Shown: positions 38,177 to 51,539 of the stretch, one piece after another
How positions within the stretch are numbered: the first letter of the stretch is position 1
Layout of the letters: each line of letters opens with the position of its first letter
NCBI RefSeq assembly: GCF_001194135.2
Contig: NC_068997.1
Location: 31,763,924 to 31,827,923 of the forward strand
Direction: 5' to 3'
Source of the DNA: Octopus bimaculoides
Lineage: Eukaryota
Length of the DNA stretch: 64,000 nucleotides
Program-made: the position numbers and the translations under genes
The notes under the pieces: model-generated
Told to the model about the DNA's origin: nothing
What the model saw: the letters and a program-made list of their open reading frames with translations, nothing else
Databases searched by the model: none

Positions 38177-38395
38177 CCCATTAGTGTTTAAACTGGCTAT
38201 ATCTGGCCAAAATAGTCTACCTGCTTTATGGTCAAACTGGCCAGATCTGGCTTCTCAAACTTACCCTGCAATGTCATTCTAAAAATAAACAATCACATCA
38301 TCAAAATCTTGAAGCTACAAGATAATGCAGGATTAATTCAAACAATGTCAATTAATAAGCATTACTTTTGACAGAGTAATCTGAATGCTAAAGGG
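38177..38395. mobile_element. piggyBac-like MITE, 219 bp, TTAA TSD
   Basis: TTAA|CCCATTAGTGTT...AATGCTAAAGGG|TTAA. A 219-bp copy in opposite orientation at 4629-4847; partial copies at 17637, 18430-18488, 44430-44652, 60075-60239. Confidence 0.78.
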
Positions 38396-38569
38396 TTAAA
38401 TCCCCTGCATGAACATGCTCATATAAGTGGTAAGAAGTTTGCTTCCCAACCACATGTTTCTGGGTTCAATCCCACTGCATAGCACCTTGGGCACATGTCT
38501 TTAACTATAGCCCCAGACTGACCAAAACATTGTGAGCGGATTTGGTAGACGGAATCTGAAAGAAACCCG

Positions 38570-38608
<39 letters not shown>

Positions 38609-38670
38609 TGTGTGTGTGTGTGTCACCACTGNNNNNNNNNNNNNNNNNNNNNNNNNNNNNNNNNNNNNNN

Positions 38671-38727
<57 letters not shown>

Positions 38728-41312
38728 TGTGTGTGTGTGTGTCACCACTGCTTGACAACACACATTTATTACAATTGAATATTTTACCAATCATTAGCTG
38801 GTTTGTGTGGCTCAAACATAATTTCTTTTCTTGAACTTCACTTGATGAAAGACTGATCAATCCTAACCTTAAAAATTGAGTTTAAATACAAACCATCAAT
38901 AAATTTATTGACTAAAAGAACAGTTACAAATTCGTTTCCAACCTTTGATCTCTGGATATAGAAATGGATGAAATGTCACTTAGCATTTTTCCCAGCATGC
39001 TAATAATACTGTCACCTTGCTACCCTAACTAGCATCTGTAATATCAATATTACCACATATGCTCTTTATATGCTGTAATATTATTACCACATATGCTCTT
39101 AAAACTTTTAAGCATCCTAAATTAATACGATCGCAGTAAAAGACAACATTTGTATAACTAACCCTTAAGTATATATAAAGCCCATTAACCTTCTTCCACC
39201 TTATCTGTAAATCTTTAAGCATTCTTTTTATTAGCTTTCTTTCTCCTTCTAAGATTACCTTACCTCCTTAGAATCTGGTAGTGTAAAATAAAAGCAGTCT
39301 GCATTTTACCATGTGACATCATTTCATCTCTCATAACCATACTGTTTAAGGTCAACGAATATATATTCCAAACTGCTGCTCTAACCACAGAATTTTCCCT
39401 TTTGACCAGGGTTTCCTAAGCTGATTTAACTTCTAACACTTGATCAGTTATCTAAATCCAACAGCTCCAAAGTCATTCCTTATGGTACCTGAAATGTTCA
39501 TAAATATATCAATACCTACCTAACTTATCTGCATACTGACCTCCAATGAGACAAAGATGTAAAGCTTCAATAGTTTAACCTATGTGTTCTATTCCTTGAA
39601 GGCCAATCTCAAGACACTGAGATTTACAAAGGAGATGACTAAAGACTGAGATATCTGGTGAATTGCTGTACTCAAGAAAACCCATTCACCACAGCAGAAT
39701 TGATGTCCATACTGGTGCCACTTAAAAAGCACCCAGTACACTGTGGAGTGGTTGGCATTCGGAGGGGCATCCAGCCAGGACAGACAATGGAGCCTGGTGC
39801 AGCCCCTGGCCTTATCAACTCTGGTTAAACCATCCAACCCATGCCAGCATGGAAAGCATGTTAAATAATGATGATGATGATGATGATTTACTAATATATG
39901 TATTATATTCTACATTTTTAGACTTACAGCTGAGTGATGAACCATCATTTAAATACATTTTTTACCAATAACATGACTGATAAAAACTATATTGTACACC
40001 CAATCTTTACAACACTTATGATTTTTAGCATAACATTGTCCAACTACACTATTACATTCTTTCATGCTCTATATACATATTCACTTTATTATTGCATTTT
40101 GGGAGTCCAACATTTTAAAGTCCCTTTGTATGGCGTACAAATGTCTATTCCAATTAGTTCAGATTAGAAAAGAGCAACTGGTTGCAAGGAATTATTTAGC
40201 GAGGGGCTGCTTCATCCAGGTTGGATGTACAGGCCCAGTTTTGCTGAGCCATCCCAATTCCACAAACAATACCTGGCAATGTACAGATGGATATCTATAA
40301 ATAAATATACATGTATATAATCATTGCTAAATGTCCATTTTCCATGCAGGCATGGCTTAGATGGTCTGACAGAAAATAGTAAGCCAAAGAACTGTACCAG
40401 GCTGTATTATCTGTTTTGACACAGTTTCAGTGGCATCCATCCCATGTCAACCACTTTATGGAGTATACTGGATGCTTTTTACATGGCATCAACACTGGTG
40501 GGAGTCACCTAGTAATTTGCAAGATAAAGATCCCTGGCTGGTCGGGGCAGTAGTATTGAAGGAGGTGGTCTTGTGCCAGGTGAGAGGCTAAAGAGTAATA
40601 GAGGGATAGAAAATAGTATCATGCTATACTTGGCTTCTTCAGTAGGAAAAGAAAGGAGAGAAAAGAAAGCTTAGAGTTAGAGAGAAAGATAGAGAGACAG
40701 ACATAGTGAGAGAGATAGCGACAGACATAACAAGAGAGATGTAGAGATGTGTTGGGACATAGCCTCAAGGTACAGCTAGGGTGAATCTAAGTGGTACAGA
40801 GGATTGGGCCGGGGAGATAGAGAGGGGTGTTTCATAAGAGTATGAGGGAAGGTGGTTAGAGACAGAGAAGAGATGACTGTATCAAGTGATGGTAAAAGAT
40901 ATAAGAGTGATTCAGTGGGAGAGAGAGAGAAACAGACAGACAATTGGTAATGCTAAGATTGTATCCTGGGAACTTATGATTGAAACTTTAAATCATCATA
41001 CTGTGCAGAATATTACTTATGTTACCAATTACAGAAGAGGAGTCACAGAATTGTTTAAGATGGATAAAGTACAAAGATTTTCAATCAACCTAAATGAAAG
41101 AGTTGACATTGGACTCTACTAAGGTAGAATGAAACCCATCTTTATCAATAATTAAATTTAATGACATAAAAATCTCTTAGAATATTGCCTCATTTATATC
41201 TCTATTAATATGTTAGCTTTAAGTACTTTTAACACATTTCCAATGAATATATGATGGAAAAATATATTTTAAATAAAATGAAATCAAACAAAAGAACAAT
41301 TTTTTTTCAAAC

Positions 41313-41435
41313 CTGATTAGAAAGCTTTATAAACCTAGTGAAAGAAATCATATTTTTCTCACTAACATATATTTCTTCAATCTCATCTTCAAATCTTTTC
41401 ACATCTTCATCAACTTCTTTAAGGGCACAAGTAAC
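41313..41435 (-). CDS. Dynein HC exon g: VTCALKEVDEDVKRFEDEIEEIYVSEKNMISFTRFIKLSNQ
   Basis: Acceptor ccttctgtttccag, donor CAG|gtttga, 123 nt, phase 0/0. This length restores canonical spacing to the next exon. Confidence 0.8.
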
Positions 41436-42728
41436 CTGGAAACAGAAGGATAAAATCCTTTATCAAAATCTTCATTATTATTTCACTCTTATCTTTCTTC
41501 AAACTCTTATTGATATCATTATGATCACTAAGACCAGCTCAGCCACCTCCAGTGCATATATATTGACTTACATTCCTATTATCCAGCCACTTTCTCAGTT
41601 CACAGTTCATCTATAATGCAAGCAAACATTGCTTATCTAATAAATCATATGCAGTTAATTCCTTTCCTTCTTCCACAGATCTTTCATATTTAGTATCCAT
41701 GTTCTCATTACAATGCAACATCACAATTCATAAACTTCAGAGAAACTGTGAACATCTCTCCATTCCACTTTTCTACTTTAGCTACTATACTTTTACTTAA
41801 TTAATCTAGACCAAGGTTAATTAAACCATCTGGGAAACATCTATTAAATATATTAAATTTATCGAGCTATTTGAACTGATCATGAGCTTTGGTTGATGTA
41901 TGTTCTTCTTGTTAACAATTTCTCTTCATCTAACTCTTCTGAAAATCTTAACCCTTATTAATCACATTCATCATCATCATCATCATGGTCATTTAAAGCT
42001 TATTTTCCTGATGCTTGCTTCGTTCAGACAGAATTTGTTGAGGTAGATTTTCTACAACCAGATGCCCTTCTTGTCACCAACCTTCACCTGTTTCCAAGCA
42101 ATGTAATATTTTTCCCTATCTAGACACATTTTTTTAGATTACTAGAAATGAAAACCCCTGCTCATTTCAAACCATCATGGACTTCTTTCAGTTTCTGTTT
42201 ACCAAATCCACTCAAAAGGCTTCATTTAGCCTTCAGCTGTAAAATAGATAGTATGAACTCAGTGCAATCAACAGGTACACAAAAGATGTACTAAAATATC
42301 TGGCACTGGTGCGGCAGTGTAGTTAAGAAGCTGGCTTCCAAATCATGTGGTCTTGGGTTCAGTCCAACTGCACAGCACTTTGGGCAAAAGCCTTCTACAA
42401 TAACACTGAACTAATGAGAACCTAGTGTGTAGATTTGCACACAGAAACTGAAAACTGAAAGAAGCTCATCATAGGGGACTTTGTCCTATCTTGCAAGTTA
42501 TTTGGTAACCCCACTGATGTTGGTGTCATGAAGAAAAGCACCCAATATATTCTGTGACGTAGTTCACATTAGGAAGGGCCTCCAGCCATAGAAACCATAC
42601 TAAAACAGACAATAGAGCTTGGTATAGCCCTCTGGGTCACCAGCTCTTGTCCAACTATCCAGTCCATGCCAGCATGGAAGACAGACATTTGATGATGGTG
42701 ATGTGTGTGTATGTGTGTGTACACACAT

Positions 42729-42763
<35 letters not shown>

Positions 42764-42850
42764 GTGTACTGTTCCATGAAAGTAAAATCAACAAAAATAG
42801 TATTCCCTCTGGTGAAAGATAAATATTATTTGATAGACACAAATCATGTT

Positions 42851-42913
42851 TTTATTTGCTACTAATAGTTTCATATGTTGAGAAATACCTCAAACATATT
42901 CATCAGGCATAAA
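42851..42913 (-). ncRNA. Type I minimal hammerhead ribozyme motif, intact core
   Basis: TTTA-TGC-CTGATGA-[ATATGTT T GAGG TATT TCTC AACATAT]-GAAA-CTATTAG-TA-GCA-(AA)-TAAA. CUGAUGA, GAAA and the GUA triplet are all present, and stems I, II and III pair. Confidence 0.75.
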
Positions 42914-45120
42914 CCATGTATCATAATGAACTAAAATATGCATAAACATGTGTGTTTGCATGTACCCTTGTCTTGACATCATGGTTGTAAATGAGGATCA
43001 CTAACATACAAGCAGTGTTGTTTGTTTCTAGGGTTTTGTGAAAAGCATGCCTTACCATGGGGAAATATTACCTTGCTTGGAAACAGGTGACCATTAGCAA
43101 CAAAAAGGGTGCTTAGCTGTAGAAACCCTGTCATAACAAATTGTTTGACTCATGTGAGCATAGAAAAGCAGACGTTAAATGATGATGATAATGATGATGA
43201 TGGTAGTGGTGGTGGTGATGATGATGATGTGGCGGTGACGGTGGTGGTGGTAGTGACGACGACGACAACAATGATGCTGGTGATTATCATTGTCTACAAA
43301 TATACATGAATATCCAGAAATCCTTCATCTAATTCCATATCTCATCTTAATCGTAGTGAAAGTATAGTACAATAATTTCACATACCTGATATTAATTACA
43401 TCAATTAGCAATATAAACAGTAGTATACACCTGGCTAGCACAGCTCAAACTAATATTGGTCAGTATATTCCTATTTAACATTTCCCCAACCAGAGTAACA
43501 ATTATGGTTAACATAGCACCAATCATTGTTACATTCTTGCTTACATAGCAACAGTGGAAATGACAGTCATCTGCATATTTCTTGTTAACAATATTTAGAG
43601 TAATAATTTTCAATAAAAATAATTTAATATAATAACATTTAGACCTGAGGTTGGCAAAGTAGAAAGCATTGATACTTGGGTGTCTATGTAGGAGTTTATC
43701 CAGGAGTTGATTAACACCAGAGATGATTTTGAGCATTAAAGGTGCTGAATATGAAAGAGTGCAGTAATTTAAGGCTAAAACTAATTAATTTCTAGCAAAT
43801 AACTAGTATTCACCAAATATGTATTTTACATTAAATACCCCAGCATGGCTGCATGGTAAGAAGTTTGCTTCACATCCATATGGTTTTGGGTTCAGTTCAA
43901 CTGCGTGGCACATTGGGAAAGTGTCTTTTACTATAGTCTTGGACTGACCAAAGCCTTGTGAGTGGATTTGATAAACAGAAACCGGAATGAGCTTATCGTG
44001 TGTGTGTGTGTGTCAGTGTTTGACAACCAGGGTTGGTGTGTTTACATCCCTGTAACTTAGTTGTTTAGTAAAAGAGACTGATGGAATAAGTACCAGGCTT
44101 TAAAAAAAAACAAACAAAAATAAGTAGTGGGGTCAAATCATTCAACAACTTATAAATTTTTAAAGCTGGTGTCCCAGCATAGCCAGAGTCTAATGATTGA
44201 AACAGGTAAAAGGGATCAGTAAGTCAGAAATGATTCCACAAAGGGGGTCAATAATATATGATGTTTGCCCGCCTGAATACATAGCAGTATTTAGATTTTT
44301 TAAAATCATGCTTATATTCCCAATTAAAATAGTGACAAATATAGTTTGAATCATCTGTATTATACTCAAAATAAATAAAGCAACAGGGTAACTATAGTCT
44401 ACATACACCTCGTTAACAGCAACATTTAACCCTTTGGCATTTATAACAGCCATATCTGGCCCAAATATGCTCTCTGTTTTATATTCAAACTAAGTATACT
44501 AATCTGTTTTTTGTGAGATGCCTCACTCACATCTACCCTAGAATGTCATTCCAAGGACATACAATCACATTGCTGAAATTGTGAAGCTATGAGAGAATAC
44601 ATGAATGATTCAAAGCAATGTAAATAAATAAGCATTATATTTGACAGAGTAACAACTCTGTTTAACACAGAGACATTAACGGTACCAGCTAATTATCCTT
44701 TCTATTATAGGCACATTGCCAAAATTTTGGAGGTTAGGGGCCAAAATTTTGGAGGTTAAGGGCCTAAATGATTACATCGACCTCAGTGCTCAGTTAGTGC
44801 TCATTTCATTGACCCTGAAAGGATGAAAATCAAAGTCAACCTTGGCAGAATTTTAACTCAGAATGAAAATTCAGATGAAATGCTACAAAGCATTTTGTCC
44901 AGTGCCATAACGGTTCTTGCTTGTTTGCTTGCTTCATGTTCTTGCTTGATGGGACTGGGGTCATCCCAGATTAGTGGCCTCAGAGATGTCATCATGCATA
45001 GAGCCAACTGACCGTCCTATGCCAGCCCCTCTGCATCTTCCAAGGTAACATTGAGCCTCTGGAGATTTTCCAGCTGGCTAATAATAAAAATAAACTAAAC
45101 AACACTAATATTCTACTCAC

Positions 45121-45261
45121 TTGTTGAGACAGAGATCTTGTTAATGTTAACATCTTCTTATTATACATTATATCGACTGTCTGCTTGATTGATTCCATGT
45201 TGATCCGGATCCAGCCAATATCCTTGAAATCAGGAACATCATGAAGTGTTTGTTTTATTTC
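45121..45261 (-). CDS. Dynein HC exon f: EIKQTLHDVPDFKDIGWIRINMESIKQTVDIMYNKKMLTLTRSLSQQ
   Basis: Acceptor ctcctcttggtag, donor gtgagt, 141 nt, phase 0/0; GW.R.(D/N) motif. Confidence 0.88.
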
Positions 45262-46619
45262 CTACCAAGAGGAGATTTAAACAACAACAAAAAAATGTCA
45301 GTGTTAATATGTCTGTATTTTATTTCAGTATAATAAGTGACTACCTTTAAAACTAAACTCAAATATTAAGTGTTTGACTATTTTATTCAGTAGACTTTTA
45401 ACTTTACTTTTGATCCCACTTTATAGAATTTCTATTTTTTTTCTGCCTATAAGAGCAGGCATGGTTGCATGGTAAGAAGCTTGTTTCCCAATCACATCAT
45501 TCAGAGTTCAGTCCCATTGCATGGTACCGTGGGTAAGTGTCTTCTACTATTAGCCTCAAGCTGACCAAAGCCTTGTGAGTGGATTTGGTAGATAGAAACT
45601 GAAAGAAGCATATTATATAGATGTATATGCATGTGTGTGTGTGTGTGTGTGTGCGTGCGTGCGTGCATCTTTGTGTGTGTCCCTCCACCACTACTTGGCA
45701 ACTGGTTCTGGTGTGCTTACATCCCTGTAATTTAGTGGTTCAGCAAAAGAGGCTGATAGAATAAGTACCAGACTTTACAGAAAAATAAGCACTGGGGTAG
45801 ATGCCCAGCATGGCTGCAGTCTGATGACTGAAGCAAGTAAAAGAGACAAAATATGTGTGTGTGTTATATACATACATATATATATCCAAAACAGTTACAA
45901 AGAACATGAGTTAATTATACAGCTTAATTAGTTAGTTAAAACAGCCCTTTTAACTAACTAATTACGTTGTATAATTAACTGTTAAATTAATAGAAAATTT
46001 TGAAGATGTGCTAGTCTCCATATTCTTTTGTAATTGTTTTGGATTTATACTCCTGAAAATGATGTCACCAGCCAGAACCTGGAATATACCTGAAAGCTAT
46101 TATGGTACCCACCTGGATAATTTATCCCTATGTACTCATCGTGTGTATATATATATATATATATAAGGTTAATTGAAAAAGCTCACACACTAGGAAGGAA
46201 ACTTCTTCCCAAAAAAGTTTAGTAACATTCTGATAAAAGATTTTATAATTTTTTTTTTTAATCTCCTTTACACTTCAAAACTATATTAAGTAATTCTCAT
46301 ATACTTTCAAATATATGCATATATGGGTAATCAAAGCAACTTTTAAAACAATTGAAGGTGATCAAAAGTGAATTCTTTCAAACTGTTCATGCTAAATGGC
46401 CTTCATATAAAACCCTTAAATATGAAATATTTTTTACCTGACTCTAATATTTGCTGAGTTATGACCATTTGAAATTTTCAAAAATGTGACTTTTTTTGGT
46501 TACTCAATAACTTTGAGAAGTTGTATCTCAGCAACTATTTGAGCTAGAAAGCTCAATTTTTTTTTTAATTTTAAAGCATTTAAATAGATCTACAACTTTT
46601 GTTTTGTCTATTTTTACTT

Positions 46620-46651
<32 letters not shown>

Positions 46652-46885
46652 NNNNNNNNNNNNNNNNNNNNNNNNNNNNNNNNNNNNNNNNNNNNNNNNN
46701 NNNNNNNNNNNNNNNNNNNNNNNNNNNNNNNNNNNNNNNNNNNNNNNNNNNNNNNNNNNNNNNNNNNNNNNNNNNNNNNNNNNNNNNNNNNNNNNNNNNN
46801 NNNNNNNNNNNNNNNNNNNNNNNNNNNNNNNNNNNNNNNNNNNNNNNNNNNNNNNNNNNNNNNNNNNNNNNNNNNNNNNNNNNNN

Positions 46886-47520
46886 GACCATCAGGCAAAA
46901 ACAAGGAAGTCAACCAAGCAGAATGCTGAATTTTACCAAAACAAAAATATGTTGTCGCAAACAGAAAATATTCTTGATCAAAATAAAGTGACATTATGAA
47001 AGCTACAAACAATCAGAACTTGTTCCTTGACCGTGGTCATCACTATGAAGCCAACCAACCAAAACAGTAAACTTTTCCAAAACAAAAATATATATTTTGA
47101 CCAAAACATCCATGAGAGAAATAAGATGTCATCAAAAAAAAGGAAACTGCACATATAATACATAACTTAGAAGCAGCGCTATGGATGTGCCAGCACACAT
47201 GAGCTTGAGACATGGCCACCCTCATGCACTTCTCATAAAGAATTCCGGAAGGAGCTTTGTGAAACCACTGCTGAGACACTTCCAGAAAAAAAAACCACTG
47301 GAAATCCGATTATACCAGTGACTCAATCAATTCCTAGGGATATCTGAAGAAGGAATTTTTATATTCCGAAATATTATATCAGACTATGGATGATTAAATT
47401 ATAATAGTTATTATTGTCTATTGTTGTTATCATAGTGTATTGTTGTACCATTCAAGACACATTATATTTTATATATAAATAATAATACATATAAGAGGGA
47501 TGACCACTAAGTGGACATCC
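46886..47520 (+). mobile_element. Probable Penelope-like element 3' fragment
   Basis: A-rich decayed coding-like sequence followed by the hammerhead at 47339-47380 and an AT-rich tail. No protein motif confidently recognised. Confidence 0.45.
47339..47380 (+). ncRNA. Type I hammerhead motif at the 3' end of a Penelope-like fragment
   Basis: GATAT-CTGAAGA-A-GGAAT(TTTTAT)ATTCC-GAAA-TA-TT-ATATC; perfect 5-bp stems I and II. Confidence 0.68.
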
Positions 47521-47966
47521 CTAGCATTTGCTGAATTTTCTTGAGAACAATCTCTTCTTAGTGGTCAGACCATNNNNNNNNNNNNNNNNNNNNNNNNNNN
47601 NNNNNNNNNNNNNNNNNNNNNNNNNNNNNNNNNNNNNNNNNNNNNNNNNNNNNNNNNNNNNNNNNNNNNNNNNATATATATATGTATATATATATATATA
47701 GTGTATACAAGGTCTGGTTAAAAGGAACTGGTCTTTTAAGCCAATGCCACAAACCAGCCAATCAGGTGTGCTCATAACTAACGTGGCACATTAGTTATTC
47801 ATTAATTAACATGTTACAGTGAACTTATGTTAGTAAACTTAGCTGTTTGCCTCAACTTAAACAATAAATGGTACCTCCTGTCCTTCTTTTCAATTCTCTC
47901 TCTCTCTCTCCTTCACACATACATACTCATCATCTAACAAAATACATATTTTTCATATTTACTCAC

Positions 47967-48070
47967 AGTTCTCTGTTAGTTGATGCCTTGCACAAAATCA
48001 CATCAAGGTCTTCACATTCACTTTCTTGTGTCCACAGGTAACTATAAGGTTCAAATTTGCTGCTGACTTC
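47967..48070 (-). CDS. Dynein HC exon e: EVSSKFEPYSYLWTQESECEDLDVILCKASTNRE(L)
   Basis: Acceptor tatttctgttgcag, donor gtgagt, 104 nt, phase 0/2; F..YSYLW motif. Not in the supplied ORF track. Confidence 0.88.
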
Positions 48071-48436
48071 CTGCAACAGAAATAATTATGAAGTTATTCA
48101 TCTCAATTCTATTAGATTCTAATTAACATTGGCACAAGCACACCACAGCACAGTGGGGGTGGGTATAGTCAATTACAGTTCTAGAGATGAGTAGTTTATT
48201 TTATTGACTGACAGAGAAATAAAAGACAAAGATGACTGGTGTGAGGATTTCAGATCAGAACATAAAGCAGCCATAACTAAATTGTACAAGACACAGGTAT
48301 GCGTGTGTGGTTAAGAAACTCACTTTGCAACCATGTGGTTCCAGGTTCAGTACCATTCTGTAGCCTTTTACAATAGCCCTAGGTTGACCAATGCCTCATG
48401 AGTAAATTTGTTGGGTAGAAGATGTGCGGAAGCCTA

Positions 48437-48470
<34 letters not shown>

Positions 48471-50739
48471 ACGTGTGTGTGTGTGTGTATTTAAAAGACT
48501 TTGTGGAAATGATTTGATATAGTTTTACTAAGTATAAAAAAGATTTTTATTTTATTTATTTTTTTTAAAGTTATAAATTCTTTATTAGAACACCACTAAG
48601 CTTTTTGGAAGAAGTTTCTTTCTAGTGTTTGTGTGAGCACTTTCAATTACCTTTTCAAATACACGTGTTCTTGGATAATGTATGATACTTATACACATAC
48701 TGATTTTGGTTCCAAATTTTGGCACAATGCCAGCTATTTTGGGGAAGGATGTAAGTTGATTACATCAACCCCAGTGTTCAGCTGGTACTTATTTTATCAA
48801 CCCCAAAAATGATGAAACGTAAAGTCTACCTTGGCAGAATTTCAACTCAGAATGTAACGTCAGATGAAATACCACTAAGCATTTTGCCCAACATGCTAAC
48901 CATTCTGCCTTATATGATTACTAATGTTGGTTACAAATTTTGACACAAGGCTAGGAAATTTGGAGGATGGGGGTAAGTCGATTACATCAACCCCAGTATG
49001 CAACTGGTAAAATTTTATAGATTGTGAAAGGATGAAAGGCAAAGTCGACCTCAGCAGAATTTGAACTTATAACAAAGATACATGAAACGCCACTAAACAT
49101 TTTGCCTAGCATACTAACAATTCTACCAGCTCACCACCTTAAACTTCTAACATATCCACAAGGCCACAGGTTTTGAGGTACTTCAGTACTTGACTGGTGC
49201 TTATTTTGTCAACCTCACCTAACTTCACAATATTTCAAGGCTTCAAGGAGAAACTGATCTTTCTTCATAAATTACAAGTAATTGTTGATGCAATTAATTT
49301 ATTTTAATGAATATCTTTCCAAATATCATTCTTAGTACTTGTATTTAAATATCATTTCAAATATCATTCTATCATAAATCAAATTATTAATTATCTTTTT
49401 AATATGTTAATTGCGATAATCAATAATACAGCTACGAAAGTACATCGACTTTGGATAAATACTCTATATCTGTAATAGTTATTGATTCAATTCCACTTTG
49501 ATGCTGTCCTTCTCTTTACTCATTATTTTTCAATGACATTTAATGGCTGACTTTGTGTTTTATTTGTTATTAAAAGGTGGAAGTCCAGTCAATCGCCTTT
49601 CCAACTTTGTCTTCCTAAAATGCGAAATCTATATAACTGAAAGAGTTCTGTGATTGCACTTTATTTCTTTGTTATGTAGTATTTTAGCCCTCACTTAATA
49701 TTGATTAAACAAGCATAAGATCAAAGACATTCCAACCATGACCATTTACTAGCAGCATCTGAGATTACATTGTATTTCCTTTTTCTTTTTTATGGTAGTA
49801 GAATGATCATAATAGAAGCATTAGCGTAGCAGCTGTTTGTAAGAAGAGTATTAATTGCAGGTGTGACTCTCAATTATACATCTTATAACTGGATTCTTAG
49901 AATATTTGTTGCGTACAGGCACTGAAACAACATGTACACACTAGGGTAAATATAAGGGGCTGATGTTCAAAAATTAAGCATCTCATGACCTAGTTTTTAA
50001 ATTTAAAATTAACATTTGAGGTGAAATATTTTCTAACTCTAAAAAGGGGACACATCCTTTTAGAAACAATCCAGCAGTTGTGGGTTTTACGTGAGATTTC
50101 CTTTAGATGTTAGCAAAGATTACTAGAACCAGAATTATGAAGATCTGGCCCTTTTAAATCTCTGACATTATGCTATTATGTACTCACTCCTGTTGCAAAA
50201 TACTTCTGGAATGTTAAGCTCTAAACCATTAATCTAATAACCCTACCTTTACACTTATACTAAATCCCAAGATATTTTGCAAAGTGGACCATGATTGCTT
50301 TCAAGCCTTGTAGGGGTGTATTTCTTAAAGCTATAAGAGACATCAACTATTAATGGACTCCTCTCCTTGGCCCTCTCAACTCCAGACCTCAAACTGATGT
50401 ACCAACTGTATTTATAGATTCTCCTGACAGGACTACGATTAAATTTTGTAACTTAACAGTTCAGCAAAAGAGATTGACTGAATAAGTGTCAGGCTTAAAA
50501 ATAAAATGTAGTGGGGTCAATTCATTCATCTAAAATTCTTGAAGGCAGTGTCCCAGAATGGCTGAAGTCTAATGACTGAAACAAGTAAAAGATACAGATT
50601 CCAGTCACTTCCATAGCCACCCTCCCATACTCACCGCTCAAGAAAGAGATTCTCTTACTACCAAAGTAAGTTGAGGAGAATTTAAAAGATGCTTCATCTC
50701 CGAATGAAATCTGTACTTACAGATTCTGCTGTCACTTAC

Positions 50740-50835
50740 CTGGCATCTACTCACCACATCTTCAACACATTTGCCAATTTCTAATACTAAGTTCTGAATT
50801 TCTACATCACTCTCAATAAAGTTTTGGTAATTTCC
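50740..50835 (-). CDS. Dynein HC exon d: GNYQNFIESDVEIQNLVLEIGKCVEDVVSRCQ
   Basis: Acceptor tttcag, donor gtaagt, 96 nt, phase 0/0. Confidence 0.85.
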
Positions 50836-51539
50836 CTGAAAGTTATAATGAAAATTTTTCAAACAGTTAATTGTAATTGCCAATAAATTATTAGCAACTG
50901 TTTGCTTAATATATAAAAAAGAAGTTATGTACTCACAAAATAATTATTTTGGCTACAATGGTATCAAAGGAAACTAATTGTAATCTAATTTTATGTTTAC
51001 TCATTTTCTTGATTAAATGTTAGCATTTTATATGAAACAGTCAAACATATCATTACACTTAGTTTGTATGTCTGTGTAATCATGGCAGAATGAGTACGTC
51101 CATTTAATAAACATTTTTCTCTGTCTCTTTAACAAACATTATTTTTCTTTGTCTCTTTAGTAGTTATGATTTATTTACTTAACAGGTTCCACTTATAAGC
51201 ACAGACACATGCATACACACTCACAAAATTAACAAAATAGAGGATGTATGTAGGTATGTATAATTTCTCTTTGAGTTTAATTTAAGTTCTTGAGAGAGTT
51301 CAAGCCAGTTGTGAACAAAATGACAAGACTGTTTGAGTTAAGACAGATCTTAGTGTTTGTAAGTATGTGGTTGAGTTGCTGTGTTGGTTGAACTGCTGAT
51401 GCATACACCCATGTGTGTGCATCTATTCACATGGAGTTTTTTTAAGATGTCTTACAAATTTTCACTGTGCTACTAATAGATTGGATTTGAAAAATCCAAA
51501 TCAATTTCTTTTGTGCTTTTTCCATGAAACCAGGCATTT

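Noticed and set aside
38570-38760. Repeated GTGTGAGTG...TCACCACTG on both sides of a gap
   Set aside because: Contig overlap left unmerged inside an SSR.
46504-46543. 40-nt AG..GT candidate for the missing exon
   Set aside because: Right length class, but the required frame contains TGA and the sequence lies in a transposon-like stretch.
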